Below, piece by piece: positions 26,958 through 36,365 of a stretch of DNA of 64,000 nucleotides. The notes under the pieces are model-generated. The model worked only from the letters and a program-made list of their open reading frames with translations, was not told the DNA's origin and ran no database searches. Made by a program: the position numbers and the translations under genes. This DNA comes from Mogibacterium diversum. Lineage in GTDB: Bacteria > Bacillota > Clostridia > Peptostreptococcales > Anaerovoracaceae. Positions within the stretch are counted from its first letter, which is position 1. Every line of letters starts with the position of its first letter. The stretch lies in NCBI RefSeq assembly GCF_938028775.1, contig NZ_CALIZG010000024.1, positions 129,672-193,671 of the forward strand, in the 5' to 3' direction.

Positions 26958-27744
26958 AATACCCTCTATCTTCGTCCTTAAATACGTTAAATATCACTCT
27001 GTCCATAACCCCTGGGTGTTCCGAGAGCCAGCTTCTTACAGTACTAACTGCAATTTCTGCAGCGCGCTCATTAGGAAAATGGAATACCCCTGTCGAGATA
27101 CAGCAAAACGCTACTGTCTTTAAACTGTTTTCCATGCACATATTTAGTGTGTTGATATAGCAATTTGCAAGGTCTTGCTCAAGTTCATGAGTAAGGCTGA
27201 ACTGGACGATAGGTCCAACAACATGAATAACTTTCTTCGCCGGCAAGTTATATCCGTCTGTAAGCATGGGGATTCCCGTTGGCTGCTCATAGTCAGGTCC
27301 AAACTTGGCTCTTAGCCGGTTCATATGCCTATTACATTCCTCTCTAAGCTGTACTCCTGCGTATGTATGAATGCAGTTATCTATACAAGTATGCATAGGG
27401 ATAAAACAGCCTAGCATCTGTGAGTTGGCAGCATTTACTATTGCATCTACAGACAGCCTAGTAATGTCCCCTTGCCAGATTGAGAGACATTCGCTTCTAA
27501 TAGGAATATCATTTACTTCAATAATTCCATGCTCATCTGCCAAACCTTTTAAATATTCATCTTGAACTCTCAAAATTAAACCGTCGATGTGACGAGGGCT
27601 GCGGATGTTCATAAGCGAACGAAGAAGTCGCCTTTTTCCAACAACGTCCCCTGGCGTTTGCAAATCCTTATAATCTATAGAATCTGCTTTAAATTGCTCA
27701 ACTAGAAAATCTAACCTCTCAGCTTGTGTCATCTTTTCATTCAT
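26941..27744 (-). CDS. Macrodomain protein (ADP-ribose binding/hydrolase) with a 95-aa N-terminal extension
   Basis: The macro signature GDITRLSVDAIVNAANSQMLG is present, within a 267-aa protein. Confidence 0.75.
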   Translation of the reverse strand: MNEKMTQAERLDFLVEQFKADSIDYKDLQTPGDVVGKRRLLRSLMNIRSPRHIDGLILRVQDEYLKGLADEHGIIEVNDIPIRSECLSIWQGDITRLSVDAIVNAANSQMLGCFIPMHTCIDNCIHTYAGVQLREECNRHMNRLRAKFGPDYEQPTGIPMLTDGYNLPAKKVIHVVGPIVQFSLTHELEQDLANCYINTLNMCMENSLKTVAFCCISTGVFHFPNERAAEIAVSTVRSWLSEHPGVMDRVIFNVFKDEDRGYYERLI

Positions 27745-27774
27745 ATCTTTTCCCCGCTTTCACAACTTAAAGAT

Positions 27775-27780
27775 ATTATA
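27775..27780 (-). promoter_or_regulatory. Extended -10 box (TGGTATAAT) for the macro–SIR2–GNAT operon
   Basis: The minus strand reads TTGTTTTGGTATAATATC immediately after the upstream terminator, about 30 nt before the macro ATG. Confidence 0.4.
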
Positions 27781-27789
27781 CCAAAACAA

Positions 27790-27824
27790 AAGCCCATTCA
27801 CTAAATATTTGAGTGAATGGGCTT
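27790..27824 (-). terminator. Intrinsic terminator of the NCS1 permease gene
   Basis: A perfect 13-bp stem AAGCCCATTCACT / AGTGAATGGGCTT followed on the minus strand by TTTGTTTTGG. Confidence 0.7.
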
Positions 27825-27887
27825 GATGCATTTTAGTCTATCTTAGGAAAAGTTATTCGCAAATCCCGTAATATGATCGCTACTCGT

Positions 27888-29258
27888 TTATTTCTCGAGT
27901 GTAGTTCCTTTTCTGAAGTTCTCACAAGACTTCATATTCTTCATTAGCAGGTAATAGATAATCCCTGTAGGAATCGTAGCTGTGAAGAACGAAAGGTCAA
28001 CCTTGTAGAGTCCGATTGCCGCACCTACTACAGTTGCAATGATAGCCGCCATGTTTACACCAGCTTTTGACCCATTTGGATCATATAGATCGTCTAGCTG
28101 TTCCTTAGTGAAGTTTCTCTTGTGGAGAATGAAGTAGTCAACAATAAGGATAGCGAAGATTGGAGCGAAGAACGCCGAATAAATCTTAACGAATAGCGAT
28201 AGACCTGCTGCAGAGCTATCATTAGTTAGGATCCATGGGCAAGTTGCTACTGCAAGGATTCCGATTAGGATTACAGCAGTTCTGTGCTTCATCTTAAATG
28301 TATCCATGAATACGTATGCTGGTGGAATTACGTTGCTTGCAAGGTTTGTCGAAAGCTGTGCAAATATGATAAATGCCAGCGTAACAACTAGTACAATCTT
28401 ATTATCTACCATCTCCGCAAATGCGTTGATTGGATTTGCAATTCCAGTAGCTGTCGAGGCCATAGCACCGATAATTCCAAGCATAACTGTCGCTGGAACC
28501 ATAGCCATGAAATACGAGAAGCCTCTTACAGGTGCGCTGTATCCTTGCTTCATCTCACGAGAATAGTCCGATGCATTGAGCATTACTGTAGTTGAGTTTC
28601 CAAAGAAAGCAATTACAGAAGCAACAAATGGAAGTCCCCATGTACCGCTCTTATGCATTAGGTTAGCAGAAATAGCATCCCACTGAGTTGTGAGGCATAT
28701 GTAAAGCAGATAGAACATTGCAATTACAATTACTGTTCCGCCGATATTTCCGACCCACTTTGCACCCTTGAATCCCTTGATTGAGAGCAGAATCTGCACA
28801 ATCTGGAAGAGGATGAAGAATAGCCAGATATTATCATAGTGGAATAATAGTTTCGAAATATTGTTGATAGCAGCTCCACCTAGCCACGTCTGGTAGCCAT
28901 ACCATACGATAGCCGGAAGACCTCTTATCATAGATGGAAGTACATTCCCCTTAGTACCATATGCACTCTTGAGATGAATGGAATATGGTGCTCCAGTCTT
29001 ATAACCGAACTGGTCATTCATAGCTATTCCAACTACTAGGATCGTTGAGCCAAGCAGCACTGCTAGGAACAGCTGTATTAAATTGAGACCTGTCTCCATC
29101 TGAGCGGATCCCATTGCCAGAGTTCCTATTGAGATACAGCCACCGAGCCAAAGCATAGTGTTCGAGCCCCAGCTCATGGTACGTTTCTCCCACGGAATCG
29201 GTTTGATGCTCTCACCCTCATTATTAGGGGTATTTACGTTCTTGTTTTCTGTACTCAT
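27888..29258 (-). CDS. NCS1-family permease (allantoin/hydantoin/pyrimidine type), copy 1
   Basis: 456 aa with 12 TM segments in the nucleobase-cation-symporter-1 topology. Paired with a cyclic amidohydrolase. Confidence 0.7.
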   Translation of the reverse strand: MSTENKNVNTPNNEGESIKPIPWEKRTMSWGSNTMLWLGGCISIGTLAMGSAQMETGLNLIQLFLAVLLGSTILVVGIAMNDQFGYKTGAPYSIHLKSAYGTKGNVLPSMIRGLPAIVWYGYQTWLGGAAINNISKLLFHYDNIWLFFILFQIVQILLSIKGFKGAKWVGNIGGTVIVIAMFYLLYICLTTQWDAISANLMHKSGTWGLPFVASVIAFFGNSTTVMLNASDYSREMKQGYSAPVRGFSYFMAMVPATVMLGIIGAMASTATGIANPINAFAEMVDNKIVLVVTLAFIIFAQLSTNLASNVIPPAYVFMDTFKMKHRTAVILIGILAVATCPWILTNDSSAAGLSLFVKIYSAFFAPIFAILIVDYFILHKRNFTKEQLDDLYDPNGSKAGVNMAAIIATVVGAAIGLYKVDLSFFTATIPTGIIYYLLMKNMKSCENFRKGTTLEK

Positions 29259-29286
29259 ATTGTTCTCCCTTAATTATTTAGCACCT

Positions 29287-30690
29287 TTATCTAACTGGTG
29301 TTACATACTTTCCAAAGCCCTTAGCTTCTTCTACATACATACCATCCTTAGCGACAACGCGGCCACGGATAACTGTGCAGGTTGGTGCACCCTTTCCTTC
29401 CAACCCGTCGAAGCAAGTTACATGTCCCTTTGTGAAGAGCTTTTCCTGCTCAACCTTCCAAGGCTTTTCTGGATCAAGAATTACCGCATCAGCATCAAAC
29501 CCAATTTCAAATGCACCCTTCTGTCCATAGAAACCGAATACCTTTGCCGGATTATAGTCCATAACCTTAGCTATTAGGCTTGGGCACAGCTTCTTCTGAT
29601 GCACTACCATATCGAACATCATAGGAAGGAAGAATTGGATAGCATTGAGTCCGCCCCATGCCTGCCAAATGTCTCTCGACTCATTATCCTTTTCCTCGTC
29701 CGCTGCTGGTGAGTGGTCACTACCAACGCATGATAAAGTTCCATCGAGTACATAATCCCAAAGCTTTTCTACGTCTTCCTTAGTCCTTAGAGGTGGTGTG
29801 CACTTAGCTGGTCCGCCTTTTTCAAACACGAAATCTTCTGAGAAGCCTAGGTAGTGAGGGCACGTCTCAGCTGTTATTGGCAGCCCTTCGTACTGAGCCT
29901 CCTTAACGACCTGTGCAACCATAGGATGACTTACGTGACAGATATGCACTCTACCGCCAGTCGCTCTAGCCATGTCTATTACATTCTTAGTAGCTACATA
30001 TTCTGTCCATACATCGTGAGAATCGAGGAAAGCTCTAATTTTCTCTTGTCTTGAAAGACCAGTCATAGCCTTGGCCTTCTTTTCTCTCTCGAGAACCTGT
30101 CCGTATTCTTCGCAGTGGAATCCACACAGTGCCTTGTATGGCTTTAGAATCTCAAGAGCTTCACGAACATTACCCATATTCACGGTTGGAAAAAGTGGTC
30201 CGTTAGGGCATGTGAATCCCTTAAATGCAGCTACACCAGCCTTCTCAAGATCCTCAAGATCAGCAAGATTGTTGTGAACTGAATATGGATCATCATCGAA
30301 GTCTCCTACAATTCCACCCCATAGACCGAAATCGATGTATGAATGTTTAGTAACCTTACTCATCTTGAGATCAAAGACTTCCTTGTTCATGAGCGATGGG
30401 TCATTGTTAAGAGGCATGTCGATAAGAGTTGTACAGCCTGCAACGGCAGCAGCTCTCGAACCAGTCTCGAAATCTTCTCTATAATCGAATCCAGGCTCGT
30501 TTAGATGAGCATGGCAATCTATGATTCCCGGATATACTAGGTTTCCCTCTGCATCGATAACTTCTGTAGCTTCAGCTTCTGTTCCTGGAGCTAGGAATGC
30601 AGCGTACTTGCCGTCTTTTACAGCAATATCTGCTTCATAGACACGGTCTGGTGTAACCAGTTTACCGTTCTTGATAATTAGATCATACAT
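29287..30690 (-). CDS. Cyclic amidohydrolase (allantoinase/hydantoinase/dihydropyrimidinase family), copy 1
   Basis: 467 aa with a metal-binding motif (IDCHAHLNEPG) in the TIM-barrel amidohydrolase family. Confidence 0.75.
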   Translation of the reverse strand: MYDLIIKNGKLVTPDRVYEADIAVKDGKYAAFLAPGTEAEATEVIDAEGNLVYPGIIDCHAHLNEPGFDYREDFETGSRAAAVAGCTTLIDMPLNNDPSLMNKEVFDLKMSKVTKHSYIDFGLWGGIVGDFDDDPYSVHNNLADLEDLEKAGVAAFKGFTCPNGPLFPTVNMGNVREALEILKPYKALCGFHCEEYGQVLEREKKAKAMTGLSRQEKIRAFLDSHDVWTEYVATKNVIDMARATGGRVHICHVSHPMVAQVVKEAQYEGLPITAETCPHYLGFSEDFVFEKGGPAKCTPPLRTKEDVEKLWDYVLDGTLSCVGSDHSPAADEEKDNESRDIWQAWGGLNAIQFFLPMMFDMVVHQKKLCPSLIAKVMDYNPAKVFGFYGQKGAFEIGFDADAVILDPEKPWKVEQEKLFTKGHVTCFDGLEGKGAPTCTVIRGRVVAKDGMYVEEAKGFGKYVTPVR

Positions 30691-30789
30691 GTCTAATCCT
30701 CCTTATTATGAGCGGAGAGAGATGCTTATCACACCTCTCCGCTTCTTTATAGAATGAATGATTAAATAAAATTCTAACTGAATTTGTTA

Positions 30790-32151
30790 TTAGTCTTCAA
30801 AGATTGTTCCAGTTCTGAAATTCTTAGAAGATGGCATGTGCTTCATCAGTAGATAGTAAACAACACCTGTTGGGATGAGGCTGACATACCACGATAGGTC
30901 TACAACGAATACTGATACGAGGGCTCCAACAGCGATTGAAATTATAGCTGCCCAGTTGATTCCCTTGAAAGGTCCCTGCTTGTCGTAAAGAGTATTGATA
31001 TCAAGTGTGCTCTTACGAAGGAAGTAGTAATCTATAACCATTACAGCAAAGATAGGTCCTAGGAATGCGGAGTATACCTTTGTGAAAAGAGATAGTCCTG
31101 CAGCTGAGTCAGCAGTAACGAGCTTCCAAGGCATAACGCATACTGATAGTATACCAACGAGCACTGTCGCATGTGACCACTTCATTTTGAAGGACTCCAT
31201 CAAAACATATGCTGGTGGAACTATATTGTTGAGCACGTTAGTTGTAACCTGTGCAAATGCGATAAACAGCAGCGTAATAACTGTAAGGAACTTGCTTCCC
31301 ATAGTTGTTGAGAATACGACTACAGGATCTGAATTCCCTGTTGCTGCAGTAACGAGAAGTCCGATGAGTCCCATGAACAGTGTTACTGGCAGGATAGCGA
31401 TTGTATAAATCGAACCAGTCTTAACTGGCCTTATATCCTCCTTTAGGTTTCTCGAATAATCTGATGCATTGATGATCATTGTCGAGTAGATTCCGAGGAA
31501 TGAAGTTGTCGCAGCCCAGAAAGGCATACCCCATGTACCCTTAACATTTGCAAACGATGCGCTGATATCTACAGCGAACTTAGTCTTTACAACGTATAGC
31601 ATGTATGCGAGGATTGCCACGATGAATACGCAAGAGAAGTTCTCAAGCCATTTGATACCGTGGAATCCTTTGATAGCGAGACCAACCTGCAGCAGTGTGA
31701 AGAGACCAAATACAACCGGGAGGTTATCGAATCCCCACAGAATCTTGAAGCAGCTGTTGATAGCACCAGCTCCAACCCATGACTGGAATCCAAACCACAC
31801 GATAGCCGGAAGACCTCTAAGAACTCCTGGAATCTTTACACCAGTTGTACCGAAGCTTGATCTTAGCTGAACAACATATGGCATACCGTACTTATGTCCT
31901 GCATTACCGATAAGCACTAGCGCTATTGCAATTACAAGGCATCCGATTGTCATAGCTAGAATAGCCTGCGCTATTGTAAGTGTGCCTATGAGTGCTGATC
32001 CCATCGAGAATGTACCGATGGATACACAACCACCTAGAAATGATGCTGTGTAAGATAGCGATCCCATGATTCGACTCTTTGTCGGCTGTAGGTCCTCATT
32101 GACTCCGACAACAAGATTCGGATCAAGTGTTTTGTTATCTACAATACTCAT
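30790..32151 (-). CDS. NCS1-family permease, copy 2
   Basis: 453 aa, paralogous to the product of 27888..29258. Confidence 0.7.
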   Translation of the reverse strand: MSIVDNKTLDPNLVVGVNEDLQPTKSRIMGSLSYTASFLGGCVSIGTFSMGSALIGTLTIAQAILAMTIGCLVIAIALVLIGNAGHKYGMPYVVQLRSSFGTTGVKIPGVLRGLPAIVWFGFQSWVGAGAINSCFKILWGFDNLPVVFGLFTLLQVGLAIKGFHGIKWLENFSCVFIVAILAYMLYVVKTKFAVDISASFANVKGTWGMPFWAATTSFLGIYSTMIINASDYSRNLKEDIRPVKTGSIYTIAILPVTLFMGLIGLLVTAATGNSDPVVVFSTTMGSKFLTVITLLFIAFAQVTTNVLNNIVPPAYVLMESFKMKWSHATVLVGILSVCVMPWKLVTADSAAGLSLFTKVYSAFLGPIFAVMVIDYYFLRKSTLDINTLYDKQGPFKGINWAAIISIAVGALVSVFVVDLSWYVSLIPTGVVYYLLMKHMPSSKNFRTGTIFED

Positions 32152-32187
32152 TAAAATATTCTCCTTTAATTTTTCAAATAATTTCGT

Positions 32188-33561
32188 TTAAAATAGTCGC
32201 TTAACCAGTTCGCCTGTACCCTTCTGTCCAACAAGCTTACCGTCTTCTGCCATTAGCTCCCCTCTTACGAAAGTAGCTACAGGTAGACCCTTACCTTTCA
32301 TTCCTGCAAATGCAGAAATCTTATTTACATAGTATAGAGAATCTGCTGTAATCTCCCATTCTCTCTCAGGGTCAATTATTACAATATCAGCGTCAAAGCC
32401 AACTTTAATATCACCCTTCTTTCCATAAATGTGGAATGCTTCAGCAGGCAGCTTAGCCCATGAGTTAGCAAGGACACGTGGGTCAACTCCGCGCTTAACA
32501 ACTCCTTCAGAGTAAATCGCTTGAACGCAACTCTGAATGCCACTTATTCCACCCCATACGTCAAATACATTCTCTATCTTCTGTCCTAGGATTTCATTGA
32601 ACTTCTCATCATATGTACAAGGCGAATGATCTGATGCTAGCCCGGCGAAAACACCTGCTTCTACACACATCCACATGCCTTCAACATCTGCCTTCGTCCT
32701 GAGCGGAGGAGCGCACTTGAAAAGTGGTCCATTCTCTAACACATCGTCTTCTGTAAATGACAGGTAATGTCCACATGTCTCTGCAGAAACCTGATATCCT
32801 TCACACTGCGCCTCATACACCTTCTCAGCAGCTGCTGGATGGCTTACGTGACAGATGTGTGCACGGCATTCAAGCTCCTTAGCAATTTCTACTACAGTTT
32901 CTGTTGCTACGATTTCAGATGCTGGAGTTCTTGAGTCGAGGAAACCTCTCCATGTGAGATTACCAGCTTCCTTTTGTGCCTTTTCCCCTTCTTTAATCAT
33001 CGCAAAATCTTCGCAGTGGAATCCAGCCATGCCGCCAAATTCCTTGATAATTTTCATAGCCTGATACGCCTGCCCATATGTTAGCGGTGAATAGTCAGGT
33101 GATACTGGTCCTAGGAATGATTTAAAAGCGATTACTCCTCGCTCATCGAGGCCCTTTAGCTGATCAAGGTTACCAGGTACAAGTCCTCCCCAGAATGCAA
33201 AATCTGAATACGCATTAGGCTGAACCTTTGCTAGTTTAGCATCAAAAATCTCAGGTGTGGTGAGTGCTGGTTCATTCTGAAGTGGCATATCGATAATAGT
33301 CGTATATCCACCAACTACAGCTGCTGCAGTTCCGTGTTCATAGTCTTCTCTCCACTCGTATCCTGGATCATTAAGATGTGCGTGAGTATCAATAGCTCCA
33401 GGAAAAACCTGCTTGCCAGCTGCATCAATTACTTTAACCGCTTCAGGTTCATCACCCTTTGCTAGGATGGCTGCAATCTTGCCATCTTTGACAGCAATAT
33501 TTGCATCCTGAACTAAATCAGGTGTAACTACCTGTCCGTTCTTAATTAATAAATCATACAT
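32188..33561 (-). CDS. Cyclic amidohydrolase (allantoinase/hydantoinase family), copy 2
   Basis: 457 aa with IDTHAHLNDPG; paralogous to the product of 29287..30690. Confidence 0.75.
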   Translation of the reverse strand: MYDLLIKNGQVVTPDLVQDANIAVKDGKIAAILAKGDEPEAVKVIDAAGKQVFPGAIDTHAHLNDPGYEWREDYEHGTAAAVVGGYTTIIDMPLQNEPALTTPEIFDAKLAKVQPNAYSDFAFWGGLVPGNLDQLKGLDERGVIAFKSFLGPVSPDYSPLTYGQAYQAMKIIKEFGGMAGFHCEDFAMIKEGEKAQKEAGNLTWRGFLDSRTPASEIVATETVVEIAKELECRAHICHVSHPAAAEKVYEAQCEGYQVSAETCGHYLSFTEDDVLENGPLFKCAPPLRTKADVEGMWMCVEAGVFAGLASDHSPCTYDEKFNEILGQKIENVFDVWGGISGIQSCVQAIYSEGVVKRGVDPRVLANSWAKLPAEAFHIYGKKGDIKVGFDADIVIIDPEREWEITADSLYYVNKISAFAGMKGKGLPVATFVRGELMAEDGKLVGQKGTGELVKRLF

Positions 33562-33849
33562 ATAATCCCCTCCCTATAGCCTTTTAGACCATAAATGTGA
33601 AGTCGTTAATTAAATTGATTAGGTACACTCACTTATTAAAAAATGTGGTCAACCAATTTCAATGTTTCTATGGATATATACTACATTAGTAGCTAAAAAT
33701 CTTCAATATCATTATATATTTAAATACGGATTGATTGTTTTTTTTTAATTAAAATTTTTTATTGTTTTTTAAAGTTGTATGTTCAAACTAAAATATTTTT
33801 TAGTTTTTGATATAATAGTGTTAATAATTCCAAATCGAGGGTAGTAAAG

Positions 33850-34788
33850 ATGGACATATTGCAAACATCTATTTACACAATAAAAACTTTCAATAGACTG
33901 AAATCAGCTAAACTTAGACCGAACATAGACCTGTACGTTCATTCAATATATGAACGCACTATAAATCTAATGCTCGATGGTCAGCTTATAGCACTGCAGA
34001 TTGCCGATTCCCCAGTTTCTCCTATAAGCATCATTTTGCCATTGGACGAAACGGGTTTAGGCAGACTAAAAATAAAATCTAATAGTCCCATATCAATAGA
34101 TGGTACAAATTTATTAATAGGGAAAAATATCATTTCACTAGATCATGCATATGATGTTTATGATGATACACTCTACGAGCATAACTTTTCAACGTCATTA
34201 AAGGATGTGGTGTGGCAGCTTATCGTAGCCTCTGATAGGGACGGCTTTTCAACCCTCATAAAATCACAAAACACTCCAGATGATATTGCGCTTTCATATG
34301 CCAAAAAAAAACTAATTGATGCCGAATCGATATGTAGCATCATGACGTATGGAAATTTAGCCGAGGAACCCACTAAATCGAATCAGCTTAATAAATTGTG
34401 TAATTCACTATCCGGTCTTATAGGCGTTGGCACTGGCCTTACACCTGGCGGTGACGACTTTATGACGGGGGTACTTTCAACATTTAAAGCACTTCCGCAA
34501 TGCTTTAACCATAAACTGATCTCCTCTCTATCTAACTCAATATGCAGTAGACGGAACAATACGAACGAGATAAGTAGCGCTTTTATAGACTGTGCATTAC
34601 GAGGTCAATTTAGTAAAGCAATCATAGATCTATATGATTCAATATGCTTAGATAATGTACAGTTATCGGATATTGGACAAGAAACTTTAGATAATTTGTT
34701 AGACAGTTTTCTAGATATAGGTCATACATCTGGCATAGATACGTTAACCGGAATATATTGGAGCATGACACATCTTTCTAAAATTTAA
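33850..34788 (+). CDS. DUF2877 / YlbF-family protein (AllH-like oxamate carbamoyltransferase subunit)
   Basis: 312 aa with a GVGTGLTPGGDDFMTG motif. It is divergent from the allantoinase genes. Confidence 0.6.
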   Translation: MDILQTSIYTIKTFNRLKSAKLRPNIDLYVHSIYERTINLMLDGQLIALQIADSPVSPISIILPLDETGLGRLKIKSNSPISIDGTNLLIGKNIISLDHAYDVYDDTLYEHNFSTSLKDVVWQLIVASDRDGFSTLIKSQNTPDDIALSYAKKKLIDAESICSIMTYGNLAEEPTKSNQLNKLCNSLSGLIGVGTGLTPGGDDFMTGVLSTFKALPQCFNHKLISSLSNSICSRRNNTNEISSAFIDCALRGQFSKAIIDLYDSICLDNVQLSDIGQETLDNLLDSFLDIGHTSGIDTLTGIYWSMTHLSKI

Positions 34789-34901
34789 TATTCCATCAGC
34801 TGTTGAAACGAAGGTATTTTTTTAAATATTTAATTATGTTTCAACCACTTTTTAATTTTATGGTATAATGTGCATATCTGAGACGAAAGGAAGTATTTGA
34901 A

Positions 34902-35429
34902 ATGAGTCTACTAACAACAATGCAGAAGAGACGCAGTGTTCGTAAGTATAACACCGAACCTGTTACAGAGAAGGAATTAAACGATATTATTTCAGCAGCC
35001 CTGCTCGCTCCAAATGGTAAAGGACTTAGACCTTGGGAATTTGTAGTTGTCAGAGAAAAGGATACTCTTAGAGAATTGATGAACTGCCGTAAGGGAGGCG
35101 CAAAGATGCTCGAGACGGCTAATGTTGCCATTGCGGTTTATTCTGATTCAGATAAGACAGATACATATACAGAGGATAGCTCAATTGCCATGACTCACAT
35201 GCTGCTCGAAGCAGCCGATCTTGGCTTGGGCGCAGTTTGGCTTCAGATTAGGCTACGTCCTTCAAACGAGGAGGGTGTTACAGCTGAAGAATTTGTAAAT
35301 GCAAGACTAAACCCACCTAAGAACATGCAGGTGGAAGCTTTACTAGTACTAGGTCATATTAATGAACAGCCTAAGGCTCATGAACTACCAAATTTTCCTT
35401 CAGATAAGGTTCATAACGAAAAATGGTAA
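34902..35429 (+). CDS. Nitroreductase family protein
   Basis: 175 aa with N-terminal RRSVRKY…LLAPNGKGLRPWEF, typical of the NfsB/FRase fold. Confidence 0.8.
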   Translation: MSLLTTMQKRRSVRKYNTEPVTEKELNDIISAALLAPNGKGLRPWEFVVVREKDTLRELMNCRKGGAKMLETANVAIAVYSDSDKTDTYTEDSSIAMTHMLLEAADLGLGAVWLQIRLRPSNEEGVTAEEFVNARLNPPKNMQVEALLVLGHINEQPKAHELPNFPSDKVHNEKW

Positions 35430-35466
35430 ATTACATAGCCTAACAAAAAATACAAACCATAGATTT

Positions 35467-35507
35467 AAAAGAGCAACACTTTCAACAATTGAATGCGTTG
35501 CTCTTTT
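35467..35507. terminator. Bidirectional terminator between the convergent nitroreductase and lipoprotein genes
   Basis: AAAAGAGCAAC…GTTGCTCTTTT hairpin, with A/T runs on both sides. Confidence 0.6.
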
Positions 35508-35521
35508 ATATATTCATCGGA

Positions 35522-36313
35522 TTAATGCATCTCGAAGGAGAAAGGTAATTCAAGTTCATTACCTTCATTATCAGCGCCTTCTAATGTAAATTTGAATGGA
35601 AGATTTGAATCTATCCTCTTGAATATGATCACTCCAGATATGCTCGATCCAGCCTTGATATTTTTTTGCATATGAACATCGTCATAAAGATAATTTTCTA
35701 AGTAAGACTCATAATCATTGCCGTCTTGACTAAGTATGCTTTGGTCTGGATATATTTCGATATTTTTCTTAGTACCATTCTTAACCTTAATGTAAACTCT
35801 CGTCTCATCGCTTGTTAAGTCAACCTTTTGAACGGTAGCTGAAACGCCCTTAACCTTAACATCATATCCAATATCCAGAGTCTCCTCTGCTGGAATAGCA
35901 TCAGTTGATTTTATCTTTTGAATCTTTTTTGCTTCGAGTTTAACAGCCGTCATTTCTGTCGATTCCTCATCAACGACCTGCGCTTTGCCAAGGACTTTAC
36001 CCTTTACTTTTATATATTCGCCATCTTCGTACTTGACCTTATTGTCGGATACAACTACAACTGTTGGGTGCTCATGCTTGGCGAAGTCCTCATATCCCTG
36101 CAGATGAATCTCACCGTGGACTTTATCTACGGCAACAATCTGCATTGTTAATTCTTTTATCGTCTTGCCCTTAAACTCGTCAGGGTGTGCATAAAGTTCT
36201 TTAAGCTTTGCTTTGCTAAAAGAAGACGAGCAAGCTGACATAGAAAGACTAATCCCTAATGCTAGCATTAGGGTAAAAAATATCTTAATTGAATGTCTTT
36301 TTGACATAGACAT
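35522..36313 (-). CDS. Putative lipoprotein (beta-rich extracellular domain)
   Basis: A signal peptide with a lipobox-like sequence (LSMSAC), 263 aa. Confidence 0.55.
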   Translation of the reverse strand: MSMSKRHSIKIFFTLMLALGISLSMSACSSSFSKAKLKELYAHPDEFKGKTIKELTMQIVAVDKVHGEIHLQGYEDFAKHEHPTVVVVSDNKVKYEDGEYIKVKGKVLGKAQVVDEESTEMTAVKLEAKKIQKIKSTDAIPAEETLDIGYDVKVKGVSATVQKVDLTSDETRVYIKVKNGTKKNIEIYPDQSILSQDGNDYESYLENYLYDDVHMQKNIKAGSSISGVIIFKRIDSNLPFKFTLEGADNEGNELELPFSFEMH

Positions 36314-36365
36314 ATATTCCTCCTGCGGAGCATGGAGCTCCGGCTAAAAAGTTTATTTTGCTTTA

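Noticed and set aside
25962-27744. A Thoeris-like (ThsA) anti-phage system
   Set aside because: No TIR-domain ThsB partner is present. The SIR2 and macro domains are separate proteins with a 17-nt overlap, as in class-M sirtuin operons. This is retained only as an alternative hypothesis.
36326-36345. Hairpin CGGAGC-ATG-GAGCTCCG between the 2-hydroxyacid dehydrogenase and the lipoprotein gene
   Set aside because: It has no flanking U-tract on either strand and overlaps the lipoprotein ribosome-binding site (GGAGGA), so it is more likely 5'-UTR structure than a terminator.
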